The notes below the pieces were generated by a model that was not told the DNA's origin, searched no databases, and saw only the letters and a list, made by a program, of their open reading frames with translations. From Selaginella moellendorffii (Eukaryota > Plantae > Lycopodiophyta): 64,000 nt of DNA. The stretch is from the NCBI RefSeq assembly GCF_000143415.4, contig NW_003314454.1:1-64000 (forward strand), given 5' to 3'. Shown in pieces: positions 36,401 to 50,603 of this stretch (its first letter is position 1; each line of letters starts with the position of its first letter). The position numbers were made by a program, and so were the translations under genes.

Positions 36401-39400
36401 CCAACCTATCAGAACTAATTCGAGCAACAACCAACATAACAGAATGAATGTGGTAAGATCGACAAACACTTAGTCATGTCAACTATCACATTAGCCAATC
36501 TGAATAAATCCTGGTCAACAATACAAATGAACCAGAGTTGCTTAAGCAAGTGTCAGCAACATCCTTTTGATGTCTTAAACCCAAAAGACTAATTCAGAGC
36601 AAACCACAAAAAACATATGGTATTGCAAAAAGCCAAAAGCTATCAAAGAGAACAACTAACCATCATGAAAGATCATCAATTATCCCATCAAAAAGATATG
36701 CCAAATCATCATCAAGAAGAACGGCAAATCATCCTATACCAACAATAATCAAGCAAAATCTTTTGACAAGGACAAACAACTATCCCAGATGATAGTCAAT
36801 CATCACCAATGATTGCTAAATGCAAAAGCCAACTTCAACATTGAAGCTAATGAGCCAAAATACCTTCCTCAACAACTTCTAACAAATGGAACAATGAGCA
36901 TGAAAACTCAAGGAACCAAAAGCTTGAAGAAGTCTATAGCCAAGTCATGTTTAGCAATGATCACGAGTCTTGCATGAACTAACTTCAATGCTAAAGAAGA
37001 AAATCATGGTACAACCTACAATATCCTCCTCAACACATCCATAAGCTAAACTTCATAATGCAAAGCTAATGAAGAGCATATCTGCTTCAATTCAAAAGCT
37101 AAACACAATGAAACTATGCTCAACAAGTGATCATCAAACTGATCCTCCTTAAATCCATCTTTAGCAAGACGTAACTCACTTTATAACAAGCACAAGAAGA
37201 ATCATCAATGATTGATATATCCCAACTGAAATCTAACAAGGATTCAATTAACAACACGATCCTCCGCAACCCCACCCGGTAAATCAAGCCCATCACTACT
37301 AAATCATCTTCGAGCAAAGCAAATATCAGAGGTCCTCAACAAAGTTTATAAGCAATCACTAGTCGCAAAGCAACTAACAATCACTCTTTAACTTGTCTTC
37401 ACAATACCTAAACACTAAACTCATGTCATTGAGCCATATACTTGTCCAGCATGAACCTGATACCTCAGGTATGAGATAAAAGTTCATAGACAAGCACAAA
37501 CCAAATGACCACTCGAATCCAACTCAACCACAATAAGCTCACAAATGCATTTAGCTAACAGCTCTGAGTATGCCTTGAAGAGGCTAGCTATATATGATCA
37601 ACACTCAATCGAAACTAAAGTAAACCATGAGATGGACTCATATCGGTACACAACCTCCACTTAGACAAAGCTATAGTATGGGTACCAACATCTAAAACTC
37701 AAAAAACTAAGTTGGACATCACCATCCTCAGCCAAAGCGCATGGCCACCAAGACCAAGTCAAGATCAATGAGAGCTTACTACTCTCATAGAGTTTTAGCA
37801 AAATGTAAGGTGCAACCTGCCACCAAGAAAAACACTATAAAAGAAAGGCATAAGGGTCACCCTTCTTAGAAAAGTGCAACGGCCACTTTTCTACACCAAC
37901 TCTAGACTCTATCCAACTCAGTTGCCTTATCCCCAAAAGTCAGCATCCCTTTTGGGCTGCATCATATAAACTACCTACTAAAGTCTAAGCCAACCGAAGT
38001 CAACTCCAACCCTTTCACTAGTTTGTACTGGCTTACAAAAACGGAATGGTTTGCAAACAAAGTATCCAACAGATCAGCCATTGGAAAATCCTAAGAAAAT
38101 TTGTGGAAAATTTTCCATCCTAGAGAAAGAATGACTCTCAGTCTAGGAATGCAAACTTTCAAAACTCAACCAACTTCCTCCTACTAACAACTTCACATAG
38201 GTTCACCTCAACATAAATTCTCATAACCCATAATATGCATAAACCTCGAACATCTTTTTGCCCATACTTCTGACACCTAACACTAACATCCGTATAATGC
38301 AAAGTGAACATCTAAGGCTTGATCACGAAGACCACATCTTCAGATATCCACATTGCACTAACACTCTTCTTCAATCATTCTCAAGATCCAATGTGAAGCC
38401 AAAACACTAACAAGAAAAATGACATAGAAAATCAAGCTCTAAAGAAAATTCCTCATCCCTCGAACAACAATACTACTTCCACTAACACAAGTGCTAGCGA
38501 TATCAATGTCTTAACTACACACCTTCTCCATCCAACAATCTACTCCAAGTGCTAATGGATTCATCAACAAACTATAGCAAGTGAATGCTATAACCCTTTC
38601 CAAACACCTCATGGGCAAACCCTCAAGGAAACAAGGAATCAACTTAAGCTTAGCATAATGGACCACCATCGAGAATCCAGTCAAAGCTACTACTATGCTA
38701 CTATGTGCAAGTAGACTAGCTTCTCCATCAACCACTTCGGGGTTGATCATTGTTTAATCAAGCAACTTCGTAACCACATTGCTCATTATCACATGGATAT
38801 GACATAGAAATTGCAATGATTTGATCATCAATTGAGTAACACAATGAGCAATGCCTATGTCATTACTTCAAATGTTTATGTGAGTATCAAGTGCCAATTC
38901 GATTCGACAAAATGCAACATAAATGCCACACTCCACCAATAGAAATTTACAACACTGAACACTAATAACTTTTGTTCACAACATGGACAAGCTCATGCCA
39001 CTCTCTATCCGACCAAACTCAACACTAATCCAACACCAAGCTACTCAATAAGCAATAGCAAGGTTCCCCGGAAAAGAATTGAGCATTGCAACCCAAGTCT
39101 TCTAATAACAAGTTTAATACAAAACACTATTTTCTGAGCATATAGTACATATTGCCAACATCGTGGGCTGTAGCTACAGGGGCAACTTGGAAGCTTGGTT
39201 TAACTCTTCACTGGTATCCATCCCATAACTCACCACTTATAAGACCATCATCTCCAACATGCATCAAGGTAGGGACTCTTGATTGCATAATATGAACATG
39301 AGCAATGAGTTAATACCTCGTTACAAATCATCTCTCCAAGAAGAGAAGATGATTTACGTGTTTGATCCTTCGTCCTTGACGACTCTCTTTTCGGTCTCAT

Positions 39401-41102
39401 CTTTGACTACACCTCAAGCTTGCTTTCGCACTGCCTTCAGTCCAATCCAAGAAAAGTTTATGAGAGAGCACAGCAATGATTACTTGAATCAATAGACTAA
39501 TCCCTACAGTCTTGATTGATCCACTTGTAACCATGCCTAGGAAGGATCCACTAGTGCCATGCTAAATAGCTACAGACCAGCCTATTTGCCACTCATAGCA
39601 AACTCAAGGAAAGTTTACATTCACCCATGGTACATGGAACAACTCATGGAATCACCAATAAGCTAACATTAATCCCGCCAACTCAAAGTATAACCTCGAG
39701 TTGCTAATGTGCCTCACTCACGAGCCCAAGCACAAACTCGTGCTATCGGAACAACTCAATCCCTTTTATGAGCCCAAGCGCAAGCTCACATTATTACGGT
39801 ACAAAAGGTAACCAAATCCATACCCAAGGAATAATTGCGAAGTCTTTGCACCCAAACGTGTACCCACTCGGATCATCATTTTCATCTCTGCGTATGCAAC
39901 AAGACTAGTTGCCTAATCTCATTGTATAGTACTCGCTGAGACTCATCCTTTGATACCAAATGTAGCGCAAGTGGTTTTGACCCTTTATTCTATGGTGATT
40001 TACCATAGGATAACACCACGAAGCGGAACCTAAACCTTCTTCGTGCCATGTGATAGATGCCACGTGTCACATGCCATGTGTCCAAAGGAACATGGTGCGG
40101 AACCCGAAGTTCAAGGCCTTGGGCCACTAAACGAAGGAACAGTGCCAAAACCCCCAAGCATGGAGCCAAGGAGTGATAGAACCGAACCAAGGAGCAACTC
40201 CCAAGCATGCAGCCCAAGGAGCGAAGGAACAGGAGCCCGGAGCGACTTGGAACAGTCCTAGAGCAACCAGCATCCCAATGCCAGGACCAGCACGCAAAAC
40301 GGAGCCAAACAGAGTCTAGTGCTATTTCGGCATACCGGTGGCCTAACGCAAGGACATGGGTACTCCACCAGCTAGCATGGAATGGAACTTAGGCACCCAA
40401 GCCGGATGCAGAACAAGGACAGGCACGCAAGCGGGAGCTAGACTATGCCTCAGGTTGGTCAGCCATGCCTGACCTACCCACTATCCCTACTATACAGTTG
40501 GAACCCCCACAGCCCCCCCCCCCCTTGAGGAACACACACTTTGGGCTTTCACCCCAAGCCTCCCTTAGTACTAGGAGTTAGTCTCTTGGACAACTTCGAA
40601 ACTTATTAAATATGAAATGTCCCTAGATTGTGAATTTAGACACAGGACGAACATCATTATGTTCAAGTTGATCTCTACATTCTATAAATATGCCAAATGA
40701 GCAAATCTGGACACTTTCCATAAATAGCATTTGAGACCAAAATGAGACCAACACAAAGGGCATGATAGCGAGGGTGTTTGGCAACACGGTAAGCTATCAT
40801 GTAGCGATATTAAGGGACCAATCTCAATACGCGAGGGTTCTTGTCAAGCCAGTGCAAGACAGAGCAAAAGAGAACTAAAAAGCCAAGCCAAGTATGCTCA
40901 GCTAAATAGACACTTAGGAATTCCGTTCTTATGCTCATCTAGCCAAGTACAAATGCAAAGTCCAGTTTACTAACACTTGAACAAGAGGGGCTGATAAAGG
41001 GTCTAGCAACACCGACCTCTTGCCATCGTGGTAGTAAGGTAAGAGTGTCCGTAAGGATTGGTCGACAAGTAACTTTCGATACCCGAAGTCACATTCATGA
41101 CA
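33434..41102 (-). mobile_element. Full-length non-autonomous LTR retrotransposon (family A, copy B)
   Basis: 5' LTR 41102-39961, PBS below 39960, PPT 34502-34490, 3' LTR 34489-33434. Perfect TSD TTTAG (33429-33 / 41103-07). Internal region is colinear with copy A except for indels. Confidence 0.93.
34867..35882 (-). mobile_element. Solo LTR of family A nested inside copy B
   Basis: TG..CA ends; flanks CTAAC/CTAGC on the minus strand (TSD 4/5). The host sequence rejoins as in copy A (~14845). Confidence 0.88.
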
Positions 41103-41936
41103 TTTAGAGCTAAGCCTAGAGTGTCGGTGCATCTTGGCGAAGATGTAGGCATAAAGTGAGTGAGAGGGAAAAAGTGAGAGAGAAAAGAAAGCTCCCTAGC
41201 CACCTCCAAATTACTTAAGTCGCCATGCCTTATTGCATTAGCAAGCTTTATTGTCTTGCCTTTGTTTGCTTTTGTATGCAAATGTATTGTAGAAATGTTT
41301 TTTCTTTATTGGCCTAGTAATCTCTGTTCATTAATCTTTATGGTTTGTTGTAGAGTTTATAAAATGGGGCAAGAAAAATGTAAACGATACTCTTGGAGTA
41401 TCTGCCTCTTCTTTTCTTTTCCTCCAAATCTTGCATTGTCTAGAGAAAATTTCTATAGGTCATATCAACAAGATTTTGAAAGAAGGCCTGCTCCAAAGAA
41501 AGAAATATCTATCTAATATATCTCTTGATTTCTGTCTTTGGAACTTCCCCATCAAAGAAAGCACTCAAATATAAAAGGGTTTCTCTAGCATAAAGACAAA
41601 TCTTTCCCAAGGGACATTTATTTTCCCTTTGTTCTAAATGAACAAATCTCTATTTTAGCTTTATAGAAAATACTACTCCTTTCCAATTTGATTGATCTAA
41701 CTCTATGGGAAGATAGAAAAGTTTGGAAATAAGATCTTGAGTGATTTTAATATCCCCTCCATCCATTTTGAAAGCCAGTTTTACAAGATTCCATAATTGA
41801 AGAATAAATTTGCCCTCCTATGGTTTTACTTTGATGTCGTTTTGTAAAATTTTTCTAAACTCCTATCCTTCATCCAATTAGCCACCCTATCTGTGCATTT
41901 AAGTAGCTCATCATGATAAATCCCTGCAAGGGCTTC

Positions 41937-42131
41937 TGTAAGCTTTTGAATTTAGACTTCCTGGGAGTTCACCCAACCCAATATTATTTAAACCCAAGGA
42001 CGTTTAATCCCAAATATCCCAAAACCCTTAACCAATTAAAAAAGGGGGTGTACTTTTATTCATGGGTCTTTGCCCTCTATATTTGAACCCCTATAGATCT
42101 TTTTTTGAATTGTTCCTTTTGGTTGTTTATA
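41937..42131 (-). mobile_element. Second Cassandra-like 5S-containing solo LTR
   Basis: Homologous over its full length to 17822-18015. Perfect 5-bp TSD GCTTC (41932-36 / 42132-36). The 5S-like segment lies at ~41956-42013. Confidence 0.82.
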
Positions 42132-42199
42132 GCTTCATCCACGAGCTTATCCATAGTTTTATACCCTAACAATATTTATGGTTATATTTTCATGATACT

Positions 42200-44792
42200 T
42201 TTTTAAATGGTTTAAATTTACTATTATAGTATTGTCCCTGTTTAAGGTGGGCACTTCAGCCATTCCTAGAGTTAATATCTTAGACAAAATAAATGGATCA
42301 TTCCATTTTCTCTTGAATTTATTTTCAAGAGCATCTATTTTGCCTTGATACTAAAGGACTTTATCTCTTGGTTTAAGATTGTAAAAAAATTTCAATTGTC
42401 TATCATGTTTAGTCTTTTTGGTTTTCTGAATTGCATATAGGGTCCAAATTGCTCTAAGTTTAAGCTCATCTAAATTTTTTATTTTGGCAAGTCTTTGTTT
42501 AAAAGCTTCTTTTTTGTCTAAGCCATTTTTAATTACAATATGCAAATAAGGAATTATAAATTCCATAAGCATTAAAGCTTCCTGGCCATAAGTGAGATAA
42601 AATGGTGCCTGTGGATACTTTATATACAGTTCTATAAGCCCATAAAACATCTAGGATTTTCATATTCCAATCTTTTTTATTGTCCTTTACTATCTTTTTC
42701 AAAATATTTTTGAGCACTTTGTTAGTAGATTTAGCTTGACTATTCCCTTGCAGGTAATATGACATGGATTTTTTGTGCTTAAGGATGAATTTTTGTATAA
42801 GAATTTCTATTGTTTCACTGATGAAATGGGTGCCTCCATCTATGATAATTTCTTTAGGCAAACCAAATCTTACAATGATATTTTCATAAAGGAATTTGGT
42901 AGTGTTAGCTACTGAGGTTTATTTCATAAGTATAGCTTCTGTGCATTTAATCATATAATCAGTGGCGACTAAAATGTATTTGTTCCTTTTACTGTTTGTC
43001 ACCATAGGACTTGCAAAATCCAATCCCTATTTGTGAAATACTTCATATGGATAGGTAAGATTTAGTTTGTGGATTTACTTTTTATATGGTAGTTTATGCT
43101 TTTGGCAAATGTCATAATTTTTGTAGAAAATTGTTATATCTTTCTAAAGCATAAGCCACCACAACCCTGTTTATAAGACTTTTTTAGTAATGATTTCGCC
43201 TGTAAAATGGCCATTTGATGGGCCTGAGTGAGCTTTCCTTAAGATTTCATTTCTTTCTTTTTATTTATTAACATATCTCCTTAATGTTCCATAGATGCTT
43301 AATTTACATAGGCACTCCTCCACAACAGAATAAAGTCATGTCCTCAAGACAAAAAATTTCATTTTCTCTAAGAAGTTATAGTGGTGGAACTATACCTATA
43401 GATAGATAGATTTGTATATCTTCCAACCAAACAGTATGCATGGAGATTACAAATAAGCGAGTATTTAGTTCATCTACCTTAGTATTAAGTGACTCTTCGA
43501 TAGTGATAAAATTTAGGCAATCAGCCTGTTTATGGAATTTTCCAGATTTATGATTTATTTCAAGATAAAACTTCTTTGTACAATTGGGCTTAACAAGTAT
43601 AGGTGGCTCTTTGAGGCATTTTTTAAGCCTTAAAAATGCTTCTTGACAATTTTCATTTCATATAAATGGAGTATCTTTATTTAAAAGATTAGTAAGTGGC
43701 TTGGCAATTTTTGCATAAACTTTTATAAATTGTCTATGATAACCAACTTTGCCTAGAAAGCAACGAAAACTTTTTAAATCATATGCTGAAGACATTGTCT
43801 CAATTGTTTGAGTTTTATCTTTATCTACAAGGATATTTTCCTTGCATACAATATGACCTAAAAATATGCCCAAATTTACAAAGAAAGTACATTTCTTTGG
43901 ATTAAGAGAAATGTTATGTTCTTTGTATTTTTGGAAACACTTTTGCAAGCAAACTAAATGTTCCTTTTTGGAGTTGAAGACACTAAAATCATCTATGAAA
44001 CCTTTATAAAATTAATGAGATATTCTCTGAAAGTGTCCATAACAACTCTTTAAAATGTAAAAGAAGCATTGCATAGGCCAAAAGGCATTTTACAATAGGC
44101 ATAAACTCCCCATAGGCTTATAAAAGCCATTTTGTGTTGATCTTCAGGTGTTACTTCCACATGATTATAGACAAAGAATCCATTTAAAAATGAATATATC
44201 TCATGACTTGCTACTGAATCTAGAATTTTGTTTATGAAAGGAATAAAAAACATATCCCTTTTTGTTGCATCATTTTGTTTTTTGTAATCCACACAAACTC
44301 GTAATTTGCCATTTTTCTTAGACACAATTACAAGTGGTGAAAGAAATTAAGCATTCTGGATTGGATAGATGAATCTTGCCTAGAGAAGTTTATCGATTTC
44401 CTCCCTAACTTTACCTTGGTAATTAAGATTCATTTTATAAAACATTTGCTTTTTAGGCATATTTCCCAAGAGTATCTCAATTCAATAAGTACAGAGCTTT
44501 GGCAGGATGCTTTTTAAATCTGTGTAACACTATACAAAAATGTCCTTGTAGTCTTTTAGTAGATTTATGGCTTGATTGTGAAATTCATTTTACAATTTTT
44601 GAGCAATTGTGAGAATATGAGGATTATTCTCATCTACTAAATCACAAAAAACATACAAAACATAGTTTATCTGTTAATCAATCTTATAGGTAGGATCCTT
44701 CTATAGGGAGTAATCTCTTATAGCCGAACTGATCTTTAATTTAGTGGCTTTTTGTTTAGGTATTTCTTTAAGTATTGAATAGAGATTAACTT
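42200..44792 (-). mobile_element. Degenerate Ty3/gypsy pol: RT (RNase H largely deleted) and integrase, non-chromovirus type
   Basis: KKNGKLRVCVDY, MPFGLCNA, GFIDDFSV, LNPKKCTF. Integrase HSGP.GHF..DICQK, GLDFA, FGLPKEIIIDGGTHF. RT precedes INT. Confidence 0.9.
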
Positions 44793-47700
44793 ATATCTAA
44801 AGCATTGAATGATTGTCTCCTTGGAAAGAACACATGAAATATATGTTCATAGTGGATTTGTCTAGTAAATATATCCAAGTACTGTTAAAAAATTAACATA
44901 TCACTAGAATCTAGAAAGCAATTGCCATTAAAGAGAATGAAATCATGACCATTGATCATGACCGTTGATCGTGACCATTGATCATGACCGTTAAGTTTTA
45001 GGGTTTTACTGCTAGGGTTTGAGCAAGGAAAAACACTTGAATCTCGAAATGTGTTTCAAGATGCTTCTCAATCAGGACACTAGATGCTTTTTAAGACACT
45101 AGAAAGACACTCCTCAATCAAAGTATGCCTCTCTCTGCTGCTTTTTCATCTCCCCATCTTTTGTTCCTAGCTCGCGAGTAACTTGCACCTCATGGCTATT
45201 TCACACTGAAATGATCAGTTCGGTAGCAAACCAATCTTCCTAGCACATCAGATTCTGGGTTTTTTTTTTCTTGTCATGGCCTTGGTGTTGTAAGATTGGT
45301 TTAGCAGTGAACTAATCTTCCTAGTGCCAAGGGAACTACTTCTTTTCTTATTTTTTTTGTTCCCTTGGCACTGAGAAAATCAATTCAGCGACGAACCAAT
45401 CTTCTAGTGCCAAGGGAATTGCTTCTTTTTTTCTTCTTTTGTTCCCTTGGCACTGAGAAAATCGGTTTAGCAATGAATTGATCTTCTGGTGCCAAGGGAA
45501 TTGCTTCTTTTCTTCTTCTTTTTGTTCCCTCAGTGCTAGAAGATTGGTTTGCTGCCGAACTGATCTTCCCAGCACCAAGTTTCTTCTTCAAAACTTTTTT
45601 TTAATGTTTACTCAAGTTTATTTATCATTTTCATGTAGACATATAAATCATGCCACAATAGAAGAAGCGTGCCAGTCAACCTCAATGGACCCATTCTCCA
45701 GAAAAACAACTAGATCATTGTGCTAGATTCATTAGGGACATCTCACAAGTTCAAAGCGCTGCTTTGGAGGAAGACCATGGTGGGAGTAGTGGTGTCCAGA
45801 TCCAAGCAATGGTTGATCCTGATCCAAGTGTTAGCATGCAGGAGCCAGATGGTTTTAGCGAGCGTGGAAATGCAAAACCTATATATAACACAGGAGAAGC
45901 TGCTAGCTGTAGTGCTATAGGTGGTGGGGCAGAACTTGGTGGCAAAAATGAGGCACCTAGTGCTATAGGTGGTGGGGCAGATCTTGGTGGTGGAAATGGC
46001 AGACATGCTACTACTCCTGAAGGTCACAGAAATGAGGTGGTAACTATGCTAGAGGCTGACACGGTCTTGAATGAGCAAGTATGCGAGACTATTGTCCAGG
46101 CTCAAGAATGATCTATCAGCAGAGTGTTAGGTGAAATGGCTTGAAAAGGACCCAACATCTTCAAATTCCACTTTGTTGTCTTAAGCAGAGTCACTGGGTG
46201 TGCTTAGCCTACAACCTCAACATGGCTATTTATACCTTTTTCACAGAGGTTGGATTTGGGCACACTGCTGGATCATTTATTGTGTCGTCATCAATCCCTT
46301 ATTCCCGAGATTGAGCAGACTTGGGATCAAATATGGCAGAGGAAATCTCAAGAGTTTGATGCTTTGATGGTGTGCCACAAGAAGACACAAGCCTTTGTAG
46401 GCTAGATGTTCTTCATTATTGATGGAAACCACTAGTGGCTAGCGTTTTGGAGGTGTATCCAAGAGAAGTTCTAGGACAATGACGAGTGACATATTTGTGT
46501 TCCAGTGACACTTGTAAAGCCATAGGATCGAAATCAAGCTGTGAGGCTCAACCTTGCATGTCATAAGATCAACATGTAAGAATCTTTTACTAGTAACATT
46601 TTTTCTCACCAACTATATTACAAGTTTAATCAATTTGCTTTCCAAGCACATACCTTGGTCTATGATATCAAGCACCTTCAATATGTTAGCATGCTTTCTC
46701 TCGAGGAAATCCAGATGCTGTATAGTCGTGAGGTTATGGAAGCAATTCAAGCAAAGCTTGTAGCATGTAAAGGCCAAGAGTTGCTTACTTGGTATCAGGT
46801 GCCTATGGGTTTTTTGGTTGTGGTCTGGGCAAAGGTATCCTTTTCTTGCATAAACTTATGTTTTCTACTCACAAGTTTTCCTTTTAGCTAATTGTCAAGG
46901 CAGAGCAAAACTCATATTTAAAGATTACACAAGTGACAAATGAGATGCAAAAGAACCTTGAACTGTGTCAAATTGAGCAATGCATTTTGAACTTGAAGAA
47001 ATCAAAGGTGAAGAAGCTACTTGCAATTGCGAACATTTAACGCAATAAAGATTGGCTAGATTGCATTGCAGAGATATGCTCTCGTGGCAATAAGTTAGTC
47101 CCTTTTATCTTTCTCATTCCATGTTGAAATCCTTGTCCTTGTAGGAAATGGTAAAGCACCTAAAGAATTTATCTATAACATTGCAAAAAGTAAGCTCTCC
47201 TTTAATGAACAAACCTCTTGCTTGGAGCTCCTCAACACTTGGCATCATAATAATGATAAGAGGTTGAAGAGCAAACTTGAGAATGTGATAAAGGAGAAGC
47301 TCAATATCACTCAAAGTATTGTGACTGCTAAGAAGCTACTTCAAGCATGGGATACGAAGTTTTTTATTAGTGCCCACACCGGGATAACACTTCCAGAATA
47401 TGTTTGAGCTTCCCTTCAAGAGCTTAGGGATGGATGGCTTCTTGATGACAGCTCAAGCTCCATGGATTTCAAGAACCAGCTGGACCAACCATTTTTCTCG
47501 TGCTATATGGCATATAGGTATATTGCAAGAACTTGACTTGCTTATTTAATTATGGCTCTTTTGTAGGTATTTAAATCATTGCCCAAGTGCTCCAGTGTAC
47601 ACAGCAAATGTTTTTCTCAAGCTTTTAACTGGTGGGAAGAAACTTGGCATGTATGAGCTAAAGTTTCATTGTCCCACTGCACGAGAGCAAGAATTGTGTC

Positions 47701-48298
47701 CATGGTACTTGGAGTTGTGGAGGCAAATGCCATTGTCACCTTTTGAGCTTGATCTCTACCTCGAGTGTCATCCAGATTTGATGAGTAAAACTTCCTAGTA
47801 GTAACTTATGTTTCTACTTTATTGTAGAGGCATTTTTGGAGGGAGTGGAGATGCCTCAAGATAGGGACGAGATTCATATTGAGCAGACCGAAGATGAACA
47901 AGTGGAGAACCGGTCTGAAAACTCTCTTGCCCCATCTCATCTTACAGCAGTTGCTCATTCCCTAGATCCTACTGCCGCTGCTTGTCTAGCCCCAACTGCT
48001 CGAAATGTACGAAGGCAGCTCCATAGTGAGGACGTCCAAGAGAGTAAGAACTTGATTTCCAATGACCTTGCTTATTGTAATTTGGTTGTAGATGTCAAAG
48101 AAACCAGCCAGCACTCTATATGCCGACATACAAATGTGTTCTTTCCATGTCTCCCCATTGCTACATAGGATGACCTCCAAGAGTTATCTTCATCGGCTTC
48201 ACATAAATAGGTATGAAAAAAAAAATGTATTAACTTTAATATTTCCCAATTTTGAACACTATTTAGGTTCGCCCTTTTTCTCCTATGGGAAGTGTTGG
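44793..48298 (+). pseudogene. MULE family copy 3 (diverged): intergenic region plus ParB-like/MTase gene (ATG 45650), cut by an LTR element just before the MTase domain
   Basis: 44793-45030 matches 26672-26800. Protein remnants DTVLNEQV..IVQAQE, FFIIDGNH*, LEEIQMLYSREV, ELCPWYLEL..FELDLYLECHP and VRPFSPMGSVG are colinear with copies 1 and 2. Confidence 0.8.
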
Positions 48299-50603
48299 TG
48301 TCGCGAATGTGACTTTAGGTATCGAAAGTTACCTGTCGACTAGTCCTTATGGACACTCTTACCTTACTGCCACGATGGCAGGAGGTCGGTATTGTTGGAC
48401 CCGTTATCAGTCTCCGCCTAAGCTAGTTGAGAAATTGGTCTTCACATGTGCACTTGACCAGATGAGCATAAGGACGGAATTCCTACGTGCTATTTGTCAA
48501 GCATACTTGACCTAGTTAGAGAAACTCATTCGTTGACTTGCACTTGCTAGTGTTGGGAACCCCCGCGATATTGAGCTTGGTCCTTTAATATCGCTAGATG
48601 ATAGCTTATCGTGTCTGCCAAACACCCTCGCTATCATGCCCTTTGTGTTAGTCTCATTTCGGTCCCAAATGCTATTTATGGAAAGTGTCTAGATTTGCTC
48701 ATTTGGCATATCTACGGAATGTAGAGGTCGGCCTGAACATAATGGTGTTTGTCCCGTGTCCAAATTCGCAATCTAGGGACATTCCATATTTAGTAAGTTT
48801 CAAACTTGTCCCAGAGACTAACTCCTGATACTAAGGGAGGCTTGGGGTGAAAGCCCAAAGCGTGTGTTCCTCAAGGGGGGGGGGGCTATGGGGGGTTCCA
48901 AATGTATAGTAGGGATAGTGGGTAGGTCGGGCATGGCTGACCAACCTGAGGCATAGTCTAGCTCCCGCTTGCGTGCCTGTCCTTGTTCTGCGTCCAGCTT
49001 GGGTCTAAGCCCAAGTTCCATTCCATGCTAGTTGGTGGAGTACCCATGTCCTCGCGTTAGGCCCCCGGTATGCCGAAATAGCACCAAACTCCATTTGGCT
49101 CCGTTTTGCGTGCTGGTCCTGGCATTGGGATGTTGGTTGCTCCAGGACTGTTCCAAGTCGCTCCGGGCTCCTATCCCTTCGCTCCTTGGGTTGTATGCTC
49201 GGGAGTTGCTCCATGGACCGGTTCCGTCACTCCTTGGCTTCGTGCTTGGGAGTTTGGCACCGTTCCTTTGTTCAGTGGCCCAAGGCCCTGAACCTCGGGT
49301 TCCTATGGACACGTGGCATGGACACGTGGCATGTGACATGTGGCATCTGTCACGTGGCACAAAGAGGGTTTAGGTTCCGCTTCGTGGTGTTATCCTATGG
49401 TAAATCACCATAGGATAAAGGGTCAAAACCACATGCGCTACATTTGGTATCAGAGAGAGGTTGAGTCTCGGCGAGTACTATCCAATGAGATTGGGCAACT
49501 AATCTCATTGCATACGCAGAGATGAAAACGATGATCCGAGTGGGTACACGTTTTGGAGCAAAGGCTTCGCAATTGTTCCATGGGTATGGATTTGGTTACC
49601 TTGTTATACCATATTTTGTGAGCTTGAGCTTGGGCTCACAAGAGGGATTGAGTTGTTCCGTTCGCACGGGTTTGAGCTTGGACTCGTGAGTGAGGCACAT
49701 TAGCAACTCAAGGTTATATTCTGAGTTGGCAGGATTAATGTTAGCCTATTGGTGGTTCCATGAGTTGTTCCTTGTACCATGAGTGAAAGTAAACTTTCCC
49801 TGGGTTTGCTATGAGTGGCAAATATGCTGGTCCGTAGCTGTTTAGCACGGCACTAGTGGATCCTTCCTAGGCATGACTACAAGTGGATCAATCAAGACTA
49901 TAGGGATTAGTCTATTGGTTCAAGTAGTCATTGTCATGCTCTCTTATAAACTTTTCTTGGATTTGACTGAAGGCAGTGCGAAAGCAAACTTGAGGTTTAG
50001 TCAAAGTAGAGACCGAAAAGAGAGTTGTCGAGGACGAAGGATCAAACACGTAAATCATTTTCTCTTCTTGGAGAGATGATTTGCAACAAGGTGTTAACTC
50101 ATTGCTTGTGTTCACATCATGCAATCAAGAGTCCCTACCTTGATGCATGTTGGAGATGGTGGTCTTACAATGGTGAGTTGTGGGATGGATAGTGGTGAAG
50201 TGCTATACCATTTTGTCTAGGCTTGTTATTGGAAAACTTGAGTTACAATGCTCAATTCTTTTCCGGGGAACCTTGCTATTGCTCCTTGAGTAGCTTGGTG
50301 TTGGATTAGTTTTGAGTTTGGTCGGAAAGAGAGTGGCGTGAGCTTGTCTGTGTTGTGAACAAAAGTTAGTGGTGTTAAGTGTTATAAATCTCTATTGATG
50401 GAGTGTGATAATTATGTTACATTTTGTCGAATCGAGTTGACACTTGATGCTCACATAAACCTTTGAAGTAATGACATTGGCATTGCTCGTGGTGTTGCTT
50501 GATTAATGATCAAGACATTGTGATTTCCATATCATATCCATGTGATAATGAGCAATGTGTTTACGAAGTTGCTTGGTTAAACGATAATCAACCCCAAAGT
50601 GGT
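48299..50603 (+). mobile_element. 3'-truncated family A element (copy C): 5' LTR 48299-49442, PBS and 1.2 kb of internal region
   Basis: TGTCGCG...CTACA then TTTGGTATCAGAG; homology to copy A stops at CCCCAAAGTGGT. Confidence 0.9.

Noticed and set aside
17822-42131. The two 5S-like units as paired LTRs or TIRs of one large element
   Set aside because: Each has its own different TSD, and the opposite orientation is explained by the 20464-44792 inversion.
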